Shown here piece after piece: positions 40,956-50,878 of a stretch of 59,268 nucleotides of DNA; position 1 is the first letter of the stretch, and each line of letters starts with the position of its first letter. This DNA is from a virus, in IMG/VR virus record IMGVR_UViG_3300033407_000013; one strand, 5' to 3'. Below the pieces are notes generated by a model. It was not told the origin of the DNA, made no database searches, and saw nothing but the letters and a program-made list of their open reading frames with translations. Made by a program: the position numbers and the translations under genes.

Positions 40956-43727
40956 CTACCTCGATGCCTGCTGCACGCGCCGCGGGTTGCGCGCGATGAT
41001 GTTCAGGACGGCCTCTTCGCCCTCGGGCGTCTCCAGCGCCGCGGATACCTCGTTCGGATCGCTCACGTTCGTGATGTTCACAATTGGCGGCGACGTCGTC
41101 ACGTTGACGACCGGCTGCATCATGCCGCGCGTCTCGGGCCCGGAGGCGATCCGCCCGGCGCCGGGCGGAATGAACAACTCGGGCTCCTGCTCGCCCACGA
41201 GGAACGCCTGATTCGGATTCACGTCGCCGCCGCGTTGGCGACCACCACCGAAGGCTGCGGAGCCGCCCGCAGCGGCCGGACCGCCAAGCAGCGCGAGCAA
41301 CGCTTGCCGCACGAGCAGCCGCGCCAGGTCGTCGAGAATCGAGTCCACGAGCTTTGAGAAGTCGGCTTCGCCGGTGCGCACGAACTCCACGAGCGCGTCC
41401 TCGGCCGCGCCGAAGCCGTTCACGAGCGTCTGCTCGACCGCGCCGCCGACGTCGAGCAGCTGGTTCTCGATGCGCGAGAGCCCACGTTGCATCCCCGACG
41501 CGGCATCGATGCCGACGCCGCTCATCGCGATTTCGGCTTCGTTCAAGGCGAAGGCGTACTCCTGCGCACTGATCGCGCCCAGCGACAGGAGCTCGTTCAG
41601 CGCAGCCTGCGTCTCGGCGAACCGCTCCTGCGGACCTTGGATCCGCTCGAGCAGGTCGGCAGCCTCCGGCGAGAGCACCTGTCCACCGAACTCGGGCGGT
41701 TCCTGCACGGCGAGCCGCTCCATCTCGGCGTTGAACAGCTGCATCGAGATCAGGTTGGCGTCAAGCAGCGTCTTCAAGTCCTCGAGCCGTTGCTGACGCT
41801 CTTGCTCCGGCCCGGTAAGCTCCTCGAGCAGCTCGCGCCGACGCTCCTCGGCCGCAGCGACAGGATCGAGCGCGGCCTCGACCTCGCGCAGCGCCTCGGC
41901 GAGCGCCTCCTGATTCACCGTCTCGTCGCCGAGCAGGGAGAGCAGGATTTCTTTCCGCGCCTGGGCCTCTTCCTCCTCTGTCCGGAGGGAATCGAGCACA
42001 CGGCGGCGCTGGGACTCGGCTTCGGCGACCTGGCGCTGCGCCTCGATCAGCTGGCGAAACTGCTCCAGGCTCGCGGTGAGGTCGACGCTCTCGGGTAGCT
42101 GCAGGTTGGACAGATCGACGTCCTTGGCGTCGTCCGCGAGCTCGCCAACGGCGCGCGTGAACTCTTCTTGCGTGATTCGGCCCTGCTCCAGCAACGCGTT
42201 CAGCGCCGCGACCTGCGCCTCGAACTCCTGTGCCGGACCGCGGATCGCGTCGAAGGCTTCGGCCTGATCCCGGAGCGCCTGCGCCTGCGCTGCGGCCACC
42301 TCGAGCGCCTCCCGCTGCGCCGGAGTCACCTCCTGGCCAGTCTCCTTCTCGATGCGCGCGACCGCCTTGAGGACGTCCTCGCGGCGCTCGAGCTCGCGCG
42401 ATGTAGCGATCAGCGCCTCGCTCTCGGAGACGAGCGACTCGGCCGCCTTCGTCACGGCCTGCTCGAGCTCCCGCACCGCGGCGGACTGCGCGCGGATCTG
42501 CGAGAGACTCCGGCCGGTACCGTCCGTGAGCGCCTCCTGCTCCATTCGCAGATCGGCGAGCTTCTCCTCGAGCGCCGCGATGCGCTCGGCCGATCCATCC
42601 TCGGGGATCACGCCGCGCTCGGCCGCGTCCTGCAGCTTGCGCAGGTTCCTCTCGACGTTCGCGATCGTCGTCGTGACGAGCTCCTCGTCCGTGAGCAGGA
42701 ACCCGTCGAGTTCCTTCTTGGTCTCGCGCGCGGCCTCGTTCACGTCCACGAAACGGTCGATCAGGAACAGGATCCCGGCGCCCGCAGCGGCCGTACCGAT
42801 GATGATCGGGTTGAACAGCGCGCCCGTGGCGATCCCCTTGAAGATCGCCGACTGCACGATGAACGCCTTGAAGGCGACGATCGCGGCCGGAAGCGCGGAG
42901 AGCGCGAGCACCAGCACACCGGTCGCGAGTAGGTCGACGTTGTTCGACAAGAAGATGATCGTCTGACTCAGGATCGCCGACGTGCCCGTGGCCTGATCGA
43001 GCGAGCCGATCGCCTCCACGATGTTGTTTCGCAGGACCGTGAACGACTGTCCAAGCGTCGGCACCGCCTTGCCGAAGCGCTCATCGAGCTCCTCGCGCGC
43101 CTCCTCGAACGCCGTCAGGATGATCTCCGACGTGATCTTGCCCTCGGCGCCGAGCTCGCGCAGTCGACCGCGCGTCACGCCGAGCGACTTCGCGATCACG
43201 TCGGCGACGGCGGGGAGCTGCTCGAGCACGGACCGAAGCTCGTCTCCCCGCAGTGCCCCCGACGCAAGGCCCTGCGAGAGCTGGATCAAGCCGGCGCGCG
43301 CCTCTTCAGCGGCCGCGCCGGACAGGGTCACTGCCTGGTTCAGCGACTCCGTGAACCGGAGCGTCTGCTCCTGCGAGATCCCCAAGTCCTTCGCCGCGAG
43401 CGCCGTGCGGGCGTACACCTCGGCCGTCGCGTCGAACGCCAACCGCGTACGGTTGGCAATGTCGAACAGCTCAGAGGTGACCTCAGCGAGCGCAGCCTCA
43501 CCCTCCACGACCGTACGGATGCGGTTCTGCACGTTCGTGAAGGCGTCGGCCGCCTGGCCGAGCTCGCGCACGAGCAGACCGACGCCGATCACGGCAAAAG
43601 CGTTACGGATCGTCTTCCGCAGCTTGTCGGCTGCGTTCTCCGTCTTGTCGATCTCGGCGCGGACTTTCTTGGTCTCAGGGACCGCCCGCTTCGGGTCGAT
43701 GATGACTTCGATCCGGACCTGGACCAT
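40956..43727 (-). CDS. Tape measure protein
   Basis: 923 aa, highly helical and coiled-coil with a central hydrophobic segment (LATGVLVLALSALPAAIVAFKAFIV...). It lies immediately downstream of the G/GT chaperone genes. Confidence 0.8.
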   Translation of the reverse strand: MVQVRIEVIIDPKRAVPETKKVRAEIDKTENAADKLRKTIRNAFAVIGVGLLVRELGQAADAFTNVQNRIRTVVEGEAALAEVTSELFDIANRTRLAFDATAEVYARTALAAKDLGISQEQTLRFTESLNQAVTLSGAAAEEARAGLIQLSQGLASGALRGDELRSVLEQLPAVADVIAKSLGVTRGRLRELGAEGKITSEIILTAFEEAREELDERFGKAVPTLGQSFTVLRNNIVEAIGSLDQATGTSAILSQTIIFLSNNVDLLATGVLVLALSALPAAIVAFKAFIVQSAIFKGIATGALFNPIIIGTAAAGAGILFLIDRFVDVNEAARETKKELDGFLLTDEELVTTTIANVERNLRKLQDAAERGVIPEDGSAERIAALEEKLADLRMEQEALTDGTGRSLSQIRAQSAAVRELEQAVTKAAESLVSESEALIATSRELERREDVLKAVARIEKETGQEVTPAQREALEVAAAQAQALRDQAEAFDAIRGPAQEFEAQVAALNALLEQGRITQEEFTRAVGELADDAKDVDLSNLQLPESVDLTASLEQFRQLIEAQRQVAEAESQRRRVLDSLRTEEEEAQARKEILLSLLGDETVNQEALAEALREVEAALDPVAAAEERRRELLEELTGPEQERQQRLEDLKTLLDANLISMQLFNAEMERLAVQEPPEFGGQVLSPEAADLLERIQGPQERFAETQAALNELLSLGAISAQEYAFALNEAEIAMSGVGIDAASGMQRGLSRIENQLLDVGGAVEQTLVNGFGAAEDALVEFVRTGEADFSKLVDSILDDLARLLVRQALLALLGGPAAAGGSAAFGGGRQRGGDVNPNQAFLVGEQEPELFIPPGAGRIASGPETRGMMQPVVNVTTSPPIVNITNVSDPNEVSAALETPEGEEAVLNIIARNPRRVQQASR

Positions 43728-43730
43728 GAC

Positions 43731-44707
43731 CTATCGCCTACGCCGCACTCCCTTCCGGCCACTCGCTCCGCGCCCGAACTTGCCGCGCGCCGCCGCTCGC
43801 TGCGCCGCGCCGCGTTGCCGCCTGGTCTCCCGCTCGTACTCCTTGTTCATCCACTCCCTGTAGACGCCGTCGAGCGCCGATATCAGCAGCCACATGACGT
43901 CGACCACGTCGCGCTCGTAGCCGAGGCGTTCGTAGTAGTCGACGCACTTCGACCACGGAATCCGCCCGAGACCGTTTGCTCCCGGCCCGCGCTCCGTGTC
44001 GAGAATCCAGAATCCCCGGAGCACGGCGGAGTCGCCGGGCATGAGTTCGGGCTTCTCGGCGATCCATGACGGATCCTCGCGACCCTTGACGCGGCCCTCG
44101 TTCACTGACCACCCGTCGCGGCGCCAGCGAAGCTCCCACGAGAGCCGCTCGGTCAGTTTCCCGCTTGGCGCTCGACATCCTCGTCATCCGGGATTGCATC
44201 GAGCGCGTCGTCGTCATCGTCGACGAAGTTGCCCGGGTTCTTGAAGAACGTCCGCACGCGGTCGAACAGCCACGCCGGCAGGTCGCTGCACACCTGCCGA
44301 CACGCGGCACGAGAGAAGGGCACCTCGGCGCGATCGGGGCCACCTGGCATCCCCTCCCATCCGGTCAGCACGTGATCCGCAAACAACTTCCGGTCCTGAT
44401 CGCGGTCCTCGACCGTGCTGTCGATGATGCGTTGCGGCGTGACGTTGCGGCGGCCGATGTTGCGCACCGCCTTGGTCGTCATGCGCGCGACGCCGTTCAT
44501 GTAGGGCCGGTTCGTGTCGCCGGCGTGGTACCCGATCAGTACGGGTTGCTTCTCGACCATCAGCGGATCGCCCTCGCCCTTGAAGTCGGAGTCGGGCACA
44601 AGGGCCCCACGGATGGGGAGGTTGAATCTGGCCGTCTTCCCGGTGGGATCGTACGCCGAGAAGTCGATCGAGAGGTCGACGGGCGCCGGCTTCGGGTCCT
44701 GGGTCAT
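43731..44707 (-). CDS. Tail assembly chaperone GT-like fusion made by a -1 frameshift at 44156-44162
   Basis: The -1 frame is open from upstream of the G stop (my translation ...APSGKLTERLSWELRWRRDGWSVNEGRVKG...) through to the stop at 43731. Confidence 0.55.
44153..44707 (-). CDS. Tail assembly chaperone G-like protein
   Basis: 184 aa with an acidic C-terminus. It sits between the tube and tape measure genes and ends ...GCG GGA AAC TGA. The start is preceded by CGAAGGAAGCAACCG. Confidence 0.65.
   Translation of the reverse strand: MTQDPKPAPVDLSIDFSAYDPTGKTARFNLPIRGALVPDSDFKGEGDPLMVEKQPVLIGYHAGDTNRPYMNGVARMTTKAVRNIGRRNVTPQRIIDSTVEDRDQDRKLFADHVLTGWEGMPGGPDRAEVPFSRAACRQVCSDLPAWLFDRVRTFFKNPGNFVDDDDDALDAIPDDEDVERQAGN
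44156..44162 (-). other. Slippery heptamer G GGA AAC for a -1 programmed ribosomal frameshift
   Basis: It has the X XXY YYZ form in the G frame, immediately 5' of the TGA stop. Lambda G/GT uses the very similar GGGAAAG. Confidence 0.6.
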
Positions 44708-44741
44708 CGGTTGCTTCCTTCGTTCCCGTCTACGGATTGGA

Positions 44742-44772
44742 GGGCGCGCGCCGACGGGCGAAGCGCGCGCCC
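44742..44772 (-). terminator. 9-bp GC stem-loop after the tail tube gene (attenuator or RNA-stability element)
   Basis: GGGCGCGCG-(13 nt)-CGCGCGCCC with no T-tract. Confidence 0.35.
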
Positions 44773-44784
44773 CCCTCAGCTCGC

Positions 44785-46428
44785 TCAGATGACGTTGTTC
44801 TCGTCCGCCGGATAGACGGGGAACAGCGACACGGCGATCTGGTAGCCGAAGACGTTGTCGGAGTCGGCCTCGAAAGTGAGCGCCTGCCGCACCGAAGCGT
44901 TCTCCTCGAAGTTCTTGCCCTCGCTACCGAGCGTGCCCGACGGCAGGTCGGTGTCGATCGCACCGTCGTCGTTCCGCACGAGCCAGCCGAGCGTCACCGG
45001 GGTGTTCGCGCTGATCGCGGCCGTCACGAGCGGCGAAGTGAACAGCACCTCGCTCGACACGCCGACGAGCAGGTTCCCGATGTTGAGGAACTTCGCGCCG
45101 CGTCGGCCGAGCACCTTCTCCGGGGTGACCTGGTTGTCGATCGTCACCGTCATGTCCTTGAAGTCGGTCGTGAGCCCGTCTTCGTCGAGCTCGGTCAGTC
45201 CGAGACGAGCGAAGTCGGTCGACGTGTTCAAGGCTCCGGTGAACAGCGGCTCACGCGGCGTGTCCGCGTTGGTCTTCCGCGATGCGTTGTCCACCGGATC
45301 GTCGGCGTCGATCGCGACGAAGGCGAAGGTCGCCGTCGCCTTGTCGGTCAGCGCGAGGTTCCAGGTGAGCAGGTTCGCGAACGAGCCCTTGACGTACTCG
45401 AAGCCGTCGGGATTGGCCACCGGCGTCGGCGGGTCGGTCTCGAACAGGTTGGAGTACGCACCCTCGAACTGGAGCGGCTGCTCGAGGTGGTCGGCGTGGT
45501 CCACCGGCACGTCGCGGATGAATCGACCGAACAGCAGGTCGACCGGGATCAGCGTGCCGCCGTTGCCGTCGTCGCTACCGTCGGAGGGGACGAGCAGCGT
45601 ATCCAGCTTGTCGAAGGTGCACGTGTCCGCGCTGATCGTGCGCAGGCGTGCCCCACCGAACGAGCGCGTGCCGTCCGCCGCGGCCGTCGAGCCGAAGCGG
45701 TTCGCGTCGGTCAGCCCGCCGATGTGGATTCGCTGGCCGACGGTCCACCCCAGCGTCGTGAAGTCGAGCTGCGCGGCGCCCGTCACGAGGTTGTTCCCCG
45801 ACGTGAGCGTGCCGATCACGCCCGACACGGCGAAGGCGAGGTCGCCCGCGGTCGCACGGATGCCGCCGACGCTCACCTCGGCGTTGCTCGGCGGCGTCTC
45901 GACGACGAGCCCCGACACGGTGAGCTCGGTCCCGGAGAGCACGAGGTCCGCCTCGATCGGCTTCACCGTCTGCGGGCTGTTGTTCGCGCCGTTGACGTAG
46001 CCGGCGGCGTGCAGGAGGGTGATCGGGCCGCCGGCGTTGAACTGGATCTTGTCCGCCTGGTCCTGCGTCGCGGCCGGAATCGTGTACCCGGTCCCTGTCG
46101 CCGGCGGCGCACGGAAGGTCAGATCGGCGTTCACCGCGACCGAGAACAGGAACGCCTCGATGAAGTCGACGAACGAGTCGATCGTGATGTCGCCGTCGTA
46201 CTCGGTCGCCGCGTCGACGTCGACGATCGTTCCGCGCCGGCGCGAGCGCCGCTTGCTGATCGGATCGCGCGACACCTTCGTGAAGCTCGCCCCGAAACTG
46301 CCGATGCTGTCGGGCTCGAGCGTCTTCCACTCGGGCGTGCCCGGTTGCCCTTGCTCCCCCGGCAGGATCCCGAGGGCGGCCTCACGAGCGTAGGCGATCG
46401 TCGTTGCGTTGGTAAGGACTCGTCCCAT
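44785..46428 (-). CDS. Major tail tube protein (large, 547 aa)
   Basis: It lies directly upstream of the G/GT chaperones. AAGGAG is 6 nt upstream of the ATG. No sheath gene is present. Confidence 0.55.
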   Translation of the reverse strand: MGRVLTNATTIAYAREAALGILPGEQGQPGTPEWKTLEPDSIGSFGASFTKVSRDPISKRRSRRRGTIVDVDAATEYDGDITIDSFVDFIEAFLFSVAVNADLTFRAPPATGTGYTIPAATQDQADKIQFNAGGPITLLHAAGYVNGANNSPQTVKPIEADLVLSGTELTVSGLVVETPPSNAEVSVGGIRATAGDLAFAVSGVIGTLTSGNNLVTGAAQLDFTTLGWTVGQRIHIGGLTDANRFGSTAAADGTRSFGGARLRTISADTCTFDKLDTLLVPSDGSDDGNGGTLIPVDLLFGRFIRDVPVDHADHLEQPLQFEGAYSNLFETDPPTPVANPDGFEYVKGSFANLLTWNLALTDKATATFAFVAIDADDPVDNASRKTNADTPREPLFTGALNTSTDFARLGLTELDEDGLTTDFKDMTVTIDNQVTPEKVLGRRGAKFLNIGNLLVGVSSEVLFTSPLVTAAISANTPVTLGWLVRNDDGAIDTDLPSGTLGSEGKNFEENASVRQALTFEADSDNVFGYQIAVSLFPVYPADENNVI

Positions 46429-46467
46429 TGGAGTCTCCTTCGAGGGGTCAGTGACAGACGGTGGAGC

Positions 46468-46893
46468 TCAACCGCTCCTCCGTGGACGGAAGTTGCGGAG
46501 TGACACCGCAGCCTGCTCCACCGCGCGCTCGACGAACATCGCCGGCGCCTGCGCGGATGAACCACCGTTCAGGAACACGATGTAGGACGCGGGGTTCGTG
46601 ATGAACGCCGCCCCCTGCCCGATGCGGTAGGTGTCCTGGATCTTCTTGGAGCGCCCTCGGTTCTCGGCCAGCTGCTTCGCGGCCGCCTGCCGCGCTGCCG
46701 CGTCCAACGACGGCTTCTCGATCGGCTGCGTCAGCGGAGAGCCGAGGGTCGGGAACCACGACGAGCGCGCGAAGCCCGTGTAGACCGGAGTCGCGGACAC
46801 GAGCGCCTGCCAAGCGCGCGCCTGCAGGAAGCCGACCACCTCGCCGGCAATCCCGAGCAGCACTCGCTCGACCTTGCGTCCTTCTTTCGCCAC
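46468..46893 (-). CDS. HK97 gp10-like neck / tail-completion protein
   Basis: Assigned from position and size (141 aa) and the segment TGFARSSWFPTLG. GTG start. Confidence 0.4.
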   Translation of the reverse strand: MAKEGRKVERVLLGIAGEVVGFLQARAWQALVSATPVYTGFARSSWFPTLGSPLTQPIEKPSLDAAARQAAAKQLAENRGRSKKIQDTYRIGQGAAFITNPASYIVFLNGGSSAQAPAMFVERAVEQAAVSLRNFRPRRSG

Positions 46894-47342
46894 TACGCCC
46901 TCCCCTCGTAGGCGAACGTGCCGGTGACGTTGGTCTGCGTCAGACCGTTGGAACCGATGCCCACCTCGACAGCCTGTGCGTCGCCGAGGTTCCAGACGCC
47001 AGCGGGGTCGCGCAGCTGGCGCAGGATCTTGACCGCGATCTCGCCGACCAGGTCGGCCAGCGCACCCCCGTCGCCCGGCGCCGTGAAAAGGTTCCCGGTA
47101 AAGCCGAGCACGTTGCGGAAGCGGCGCCCTCCGATTGGCCCCTGCGTCTCGGATTCTCCGACCAGGTGCGCGGCGGTCACGCGCATGTAGGGCGGCGGGT
47201 TGGTCTGTGCATCGGCCTGCGCGCTCGTGTCCTGGCGCACGTCGGCGAAGTGCAGCGGGATCGGCGACGTCGTCCCGTCGGCGAGCCAGGCCGTACGGAA
47301 CGCGCCGATCAGCGCGTCGCGCGCCTCAGTGCGCGTCGTCAT
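46893..47342 (-). CDS. Head-tail joining / tail terminator-like protein (149 aa)
   Basis: Assigned by position. ATGA overlap at 47339-47342. Confidence 0.35.
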   Translation of the reverse strand: MTTRTEARDALIGAFRTAWLADGTTSPIPLHFADVRQDTSAQADAQTNPPPYMRVTAAHLVGESETQGPIGGRRFRNVLGFTGNLFTAPGDGGALADLVGEIAVKILRQLRDPAGVWNLGDAQAVEVGIGSNGLTQTNVTGTFAYEGRA

Positions 47343-47752
47343 CGCTTCAGCCCCAAGAACCACAGGAGCGATTTCGACCCCGGCTTGAGCTCGCCGCGAA
47401 CCTCGATCTTCCAGGACGTCCCGTCCTCGTCGATCACGCGGTCGTAGGTCGACAAGTCGGCATCTGCGATCGAACCCGAGGCGACGAGCCCGATCTGCTC
47501 GAAGGCCACGGCGAGGGTGCCCGCCGTCTGCTGAAACAGGCGGCCAAGACCGGAGCCCGACGCCGGCACGAAGCACGCGATCGCGTCGAGGCCAGGGTCG
47601 CCGCCGGCGCCCGTCGTCGGCGTTGCGACGTTGCCGCGCCACGGCTTCGTCGGATCCGCGGCTGTCCGGTTGTGCCGGATCAGCTGCATCGCGCGCCCGT
47701 TCTTCTCGACGAGCCTCTGCGCGGTCGCCGCGAGCTTCTCGAAGTCGGCCAT
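47339..47752 (-). CDS. Head-tail adaptor-like protein (137 aa)
   Basis: Assigned by position in the neck cluster. Confidence 0.35.
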   Translation of the reverse strand: MADFEKLAATAQRLVEKNGRAMQLIRHNRTAADPTKPWRGNVATPTTGAGGDPGLDAIACFVPASGSGLGRLFQQTAGTLAVAFEQIGLVASGSIADADLSTYDRVIDEDGTSWKIEVRGELKPGSKSLLWFLGLKR

Positions 47753-48670
47753 CTATCGGAACGTCCTCCCGCCCGGCAGGACGTAGTCCGAGAGCAGCGC
47801 ATCCGCGGCCGGATACGCCGCGAACACGCGGGGCATGGCGCCCTGCACGTAGTCGGTCCGCTCCTCGATCGGACCGACCTTCTCGGAGAAGCTCTGCACG
47901 GCGACGCCGCGCGCGTCGTGCGTCGGATCGGCGACAAGCGCCGCCTCGAGCGCCCGAACCGCGTACTCGGCCGTCGCCTGCTTGAGCTTGAGCGGGATAC
48001 CCACGATGGGCTCGCCCTTCGGACCGAACAGGTTGGCCTTCGGGAACGCGAGGGGCTGCGCGCCGGTGTCGAGGCCCTTCTCGAGCGTGCCCGAACCGCT
48101 GATCGTGGCGCCGGTGATCGTCGTCGTGAACACGATCGCGTTGCCGTTCTCGCCGGCCATGCGCGCGGTCACGTTGAGGATGGTCGGGTCGTCCCCGTCG
48201 ATACCGGCGCTGGCCTCGAAGTTGAGCCGAGTGTCCTGGTGGTACTTCTCGTCACGCCCCTCGCCGCCGACCACGGCATTCGCCAGGTTCACGAGCGTGT
48301 CCTCGACCGTCACCTCGATCAGCACGTCGTTCTCCTGCGCGATTGCAGCGACGAGCCGGTAGGCGATCTGCCCGAGCGTGAACAGCTCGGTGTCGAGCGG
48401 CAGTCCACCGAGCTGCAGCGTCCCCTTCGCCGCGCGCCCGTTGATCACGGTCGCGATCGGCGTCCCTTTGAAGCTCGGACCCCACCGCTTGTCGATGTAG
48501 TCCGTCGCGGCGACGCACGCTGCCTCCTGCAAGTCCAGCGACGTGGACAGCCAGTCGTTCTCGGCCTCGCGCCCGCGGTCCTGTAAGTACCTCGTCACGA
48601 AGGCCACGGTCACGTAGCTGTTCGCGTTCGGCGTTCCTGCGCCGGTCTCGACGACGAGGGTCGACGTCAC
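47753..48670 (-). CDS. Head-tail connector protein (gp6 / DnaT-like N-terminus) with a C-terminal extension
   Basis: GTG start in a GTGA overlap. ANSYVTVAFVTRYLQDRGRE...EAACVAATDYIDKRW is typical of gp6-like connectors. Confidence 0.5.
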   Translation of the reverse strand: MTSTLVVETGAGTPNANSYVTVAFVTRYLQDRGREAENDWLSTSLDLQEAACVAATDYIDKRWGPSFKGTPIATVINGRAAKGTLQLGGLPLDTELFTLGQIAYRLVAAIAQENDVLIEVTVEDTLVNLANAVVGGEGRDEKYHQDTRLNFEASAGIDGDDPTILNVTARMAGENGNAIVFTTTITGATISGSGTLEKGLDTGAQPLAFPKANLFGPKGEPIVGIPLKLKQATAEYAVRALEAALVADPTHDARGVAVQSFSEKVGPIEERTDYVQGAMPRVFAAYPAADALLSDYVLPGGRTFR

Positions 48671-49305
48671 GTGATCTGCCTCGGCCGCTGCTTGAAGTAG
48701 GCCCGCACCGAGCGCGTGACCTCGGCGTCGGTGAGCGCGACTGCTTGACCGACGGGGATACGGGAGATCACCGTTCCGGCCACGTCCTCGATCGCGCCAT
48801 CGCCATCGTCGGACCACCCACCGTTGAAGTTGCCGGCGACTGCGAGCTCGCGGCCGACGAGCTGCCCGTCGACCCAGGCCGCGATCAGGCCCGTCCCCGG
48901 AATCGCCGTGACGACGACCAGGTGTCGCAGGTCTTCGCGCGGCAGGGCGTCCACGGCCGTGATCGTAACGCCGTCGTCCGCAACGCTCGATCCGGCACCC
49001 ACGATCAGGTCGTCACCGTCGATCGCGGCCGCGATGCCGCGCGACGAGCTGCCGAACTCGAACAGGAGGCCGTTGGACGCCGGGTCGGTACGGACGAGCT
49101 CGAGCGCGAACGTGATCGGCTCGAGCAACGTGCCGGGAAACACAACGTCGGTGTCGATCGGGTTGTCGGCCGACGTGAAGACGTGCGTGCCGTGCAACTC
49201 GAACGACGGGTCGAGGTGCGAGCGCCGGCGTTCGCGGCTGTGGAACGAGGCCGCCTGTTCGCGCGCGCCGCGAACTCCGTGCCGCGCTGTCAGCAGGCGC
49301 CCCAC
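48667..49305 (-). CDS. Possible LamG/concanavalin-like jelly-roll protein (head or neck decoration?)
   Basis: The provisional GTG start at 49305 lies 3 nt after the upstream stop. ...LLFEFGSSSRGIAAAIDGDDLIVGAG...LVVVTAIPGTGLIAAWVDGQLVG... resembles Laminin_G_3-type strands. Confidence 0.35.
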   Translation of the reverse strand: MGRLLTARHGVRGAREQAASFHSRERRRSHLDPSFELHGTHVFTSADNPIDTDVVFPGTLLEPITFALELVRTDPASNGLLFEFGSSSRGIAAAIDGDDLIVGAGSSVADDGVTITAVDALPREDLRHLVVVTAIPGTGLIAAWVDGQLVGRELAVAGNFNGGWSDDGDGAIEDVAGTVISRIPVGQAVALTDAEVTRSVRAYFKQRPRQIT

Positions 49306-49307
49306 GG

Positions 49308-50195
49308 TCAGCTCCCCATCGTCGGGCGGTTCGGACTCATGCCCGCGATCGGCCGAGGATCCGGACGCTTCAAGCCGCGATCGGTGCGCCGCCTCATGGC
49401 GAGATCGAGCCGCGACGCGCCGCGCAACTCCTTCGCCACGTCCTCGGGGCTCACGCCGGCCTCGATGAAGCGGCGGGTGCGGGTGATGCGAGCCTCGCGG
49501 TTCCGCTGCTGGCCTTGCAGGAACGCGCGGATGACGTCCGCCGGACGCTCCGGAGGGGCAACCAGCTGCAGCGCGCGTCCGCACAGCTGCGCCTTCGCCG
49601 AGAGGGCGCGCAACTCCTCCTCGATCCGCTGCTTCTCGCGGATGAGCCCCTGCGAGCGGATCTCGATCTCCTCGACGGCGCGTTGCAGCAGCTGGGGGTC
49701 ACGCAGGAGCTTCGCCATCGGCACGTCGAGCGCCGAGAGCGCAGCGCCCGGAGGCGCTCCGAGAGCCCCGGAGACAGCTCCGGACGCTTGCCCTTGAGGG
49801 GCGGGAGGAACGGACGGCTGCGCGCCAGAAGGGACCTCGGGGCGCGGCTTGGAGGGCACGGCCGGGGATGCCGGAGCAGGCGGGCTTGAGGCGTCCGCCA
49901 GGATGGTCGGCTCGTCGTGCTCGAGCTTCCCCCCGGCCGTGGTCTCACCCGCCGCTGCGGCGATCGCTGAGTCCCGCAGCCGCTGATACTCCGTGATCCA
50001 GGTCGGAGCGGTCTCGCGGGTGAACGTCGGCGCCTGGTCGATGATGTCCTGGCGCTGCACGGGCGGATCGTTCCCTTCGTCCAGTGCGGCGTTCACGACA
50101 TCGACGCGCACCTGTCCGTCGGTCGTCCAGTGGTCATCGTTCTTGGGATCGGCCGTCACGAGGGCGGCCGCCAGGGCGGCGGTGAGCTGCGGCAT
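49308..50195 (-). CDS. Hypothetical head-module protein: small N-domain, Pro-rich linker, coiled coil (295 aa)
   Basis: MPQLTAALAAALVTADPKNDDHWTTDGQVRVDVV... The start is preceded by the exact 18-mer CGAAGGAAGCAACCGATG. The 1031-aa ORF-track version is an out-of-frame extension. Confidence 0.6.
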   Translation of the reverse strand: MPQLTAALAAALVTADPKNDDHWTTDGQVRVDVVNAALDEGNDPPVQRQDIIDQAPTFTRETAPTWITEYQRLRDSAIAAAAGETTAGGKLEHDEPTILADASSPPAPASPAVPSKPRPEVPSGAQPSVPPAPQGQASGAVSGALGAPPGAALSALDVPMAKLLRDPQLLQRAVEEIEIRSQGLIREKQRIEEELRALSAKAQLCGRALQLVAPPERPADVIRAFLQGQQRNREARITRTRRFIEAGVSPEDVAKELRGASRLDLAMRRRTDRGLKRPDPRPIAGMSPNRPTMGS

Positions 50196-50209
50196 CGGTT
50201 GCTTCCTTC

Positions 50210-50241
50210 GCGGCGCTTCGAGGGTTGGGGGCAAGCGCCGC
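50210..50241 (-). terminator. 9-bp stem-loop immediately upstream of the 50195 initiation region
   Basis: GCGGCGCTT-(14 nt)-AAGCGCCGC. Confidence 0.3.
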
Positions 50242-50272
50242 GCGCCGTTGCGGCTCACGCCCCGCCGGTCGA

Positions 50273-50797
50273 TCAGTCGTCGCCGAGCACGATGTAGGCG
50301 ATGTAGAGCTCGCCGACGAGCGTCGCCGTGACTCCGTCCGCGCTGATGTCGGCATCGTCCACGAGCACGTTCGCGTTCAGCTCGAGCGAGCCGTCGGTGT
50401 TGTCGAGGATCGCCGCGTTCGTAGCCGTCGCTCCGGCGCCGCGCGTTCGCGGCGACGCCTCGGCCGTGGCCGCGGCCAGCGGCGTCGAGTCGACCAGGTC
50501 GATGTCCCCAGCCGACAGCGTCCCGTCGCTCGCCGGCGTCGTGCCGATGCCGAAGTCCCCGGCCCACGTGTCGACGAGACCGGCCTGCCCGCCCGTGCCG
50601 ACGACCTGCAGGTACGCGACTGCGCCGAGCAGGAGGATGTTCCCCTCCGGCAAGTCGCCGATCACCGCGGACCCGAACCCGACGCCGGTCGCGCCGTCGA
50701 TGATGATCGGCACGCTGTCGATCACGAACGTCTGCTTGATGATCTCCTGCTGCTGCGGAGCGCCGCGCGACAGGGAACGGGGAAGTCCCTTGCTCAT
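50273..50797 (-). CDS. Hypothetical head protein (174 aa), possible decoration protein
   Basis: It lies directly downstream of the major capsid gene. Gly/Ala/Thr/Asp-rich. Confidence 0.45.
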   Translation of the reverse strand: MSKGLPRSLSRGAPQQQEIIKQTFVIDSVPIIIDGATGVGFGSAVIGDLPEGNILLLGAVAYLQVVGTGGQAGLVDTWAGDFGIGTTPASDGTLSAGDIDLVDSTPLAAATAEASPRTRGAGATATNAAILDNTDGSLELNANVLVDDADISADGVTATLVGELYIAYIVLGDD

Positions 50798-50835
50798 GGT
50801 CGTGGTTCTTCGTGGTCGGTTGTGATCGGTGCGGG

Positions 50836-50869
50836 GCGCCGCGCCCCTCGAAGCTCAGAGGCGCGGCGC
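50836..50869 (-). terminator. Perfect 10-bp stem-loop after the major capsid gene
   Basis: GCGCCGCGCC-(14 nt)-GGCGCGGCGC. Confidence 0.4.
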
Positions 50870-50878
50870 TCGTGCGTC

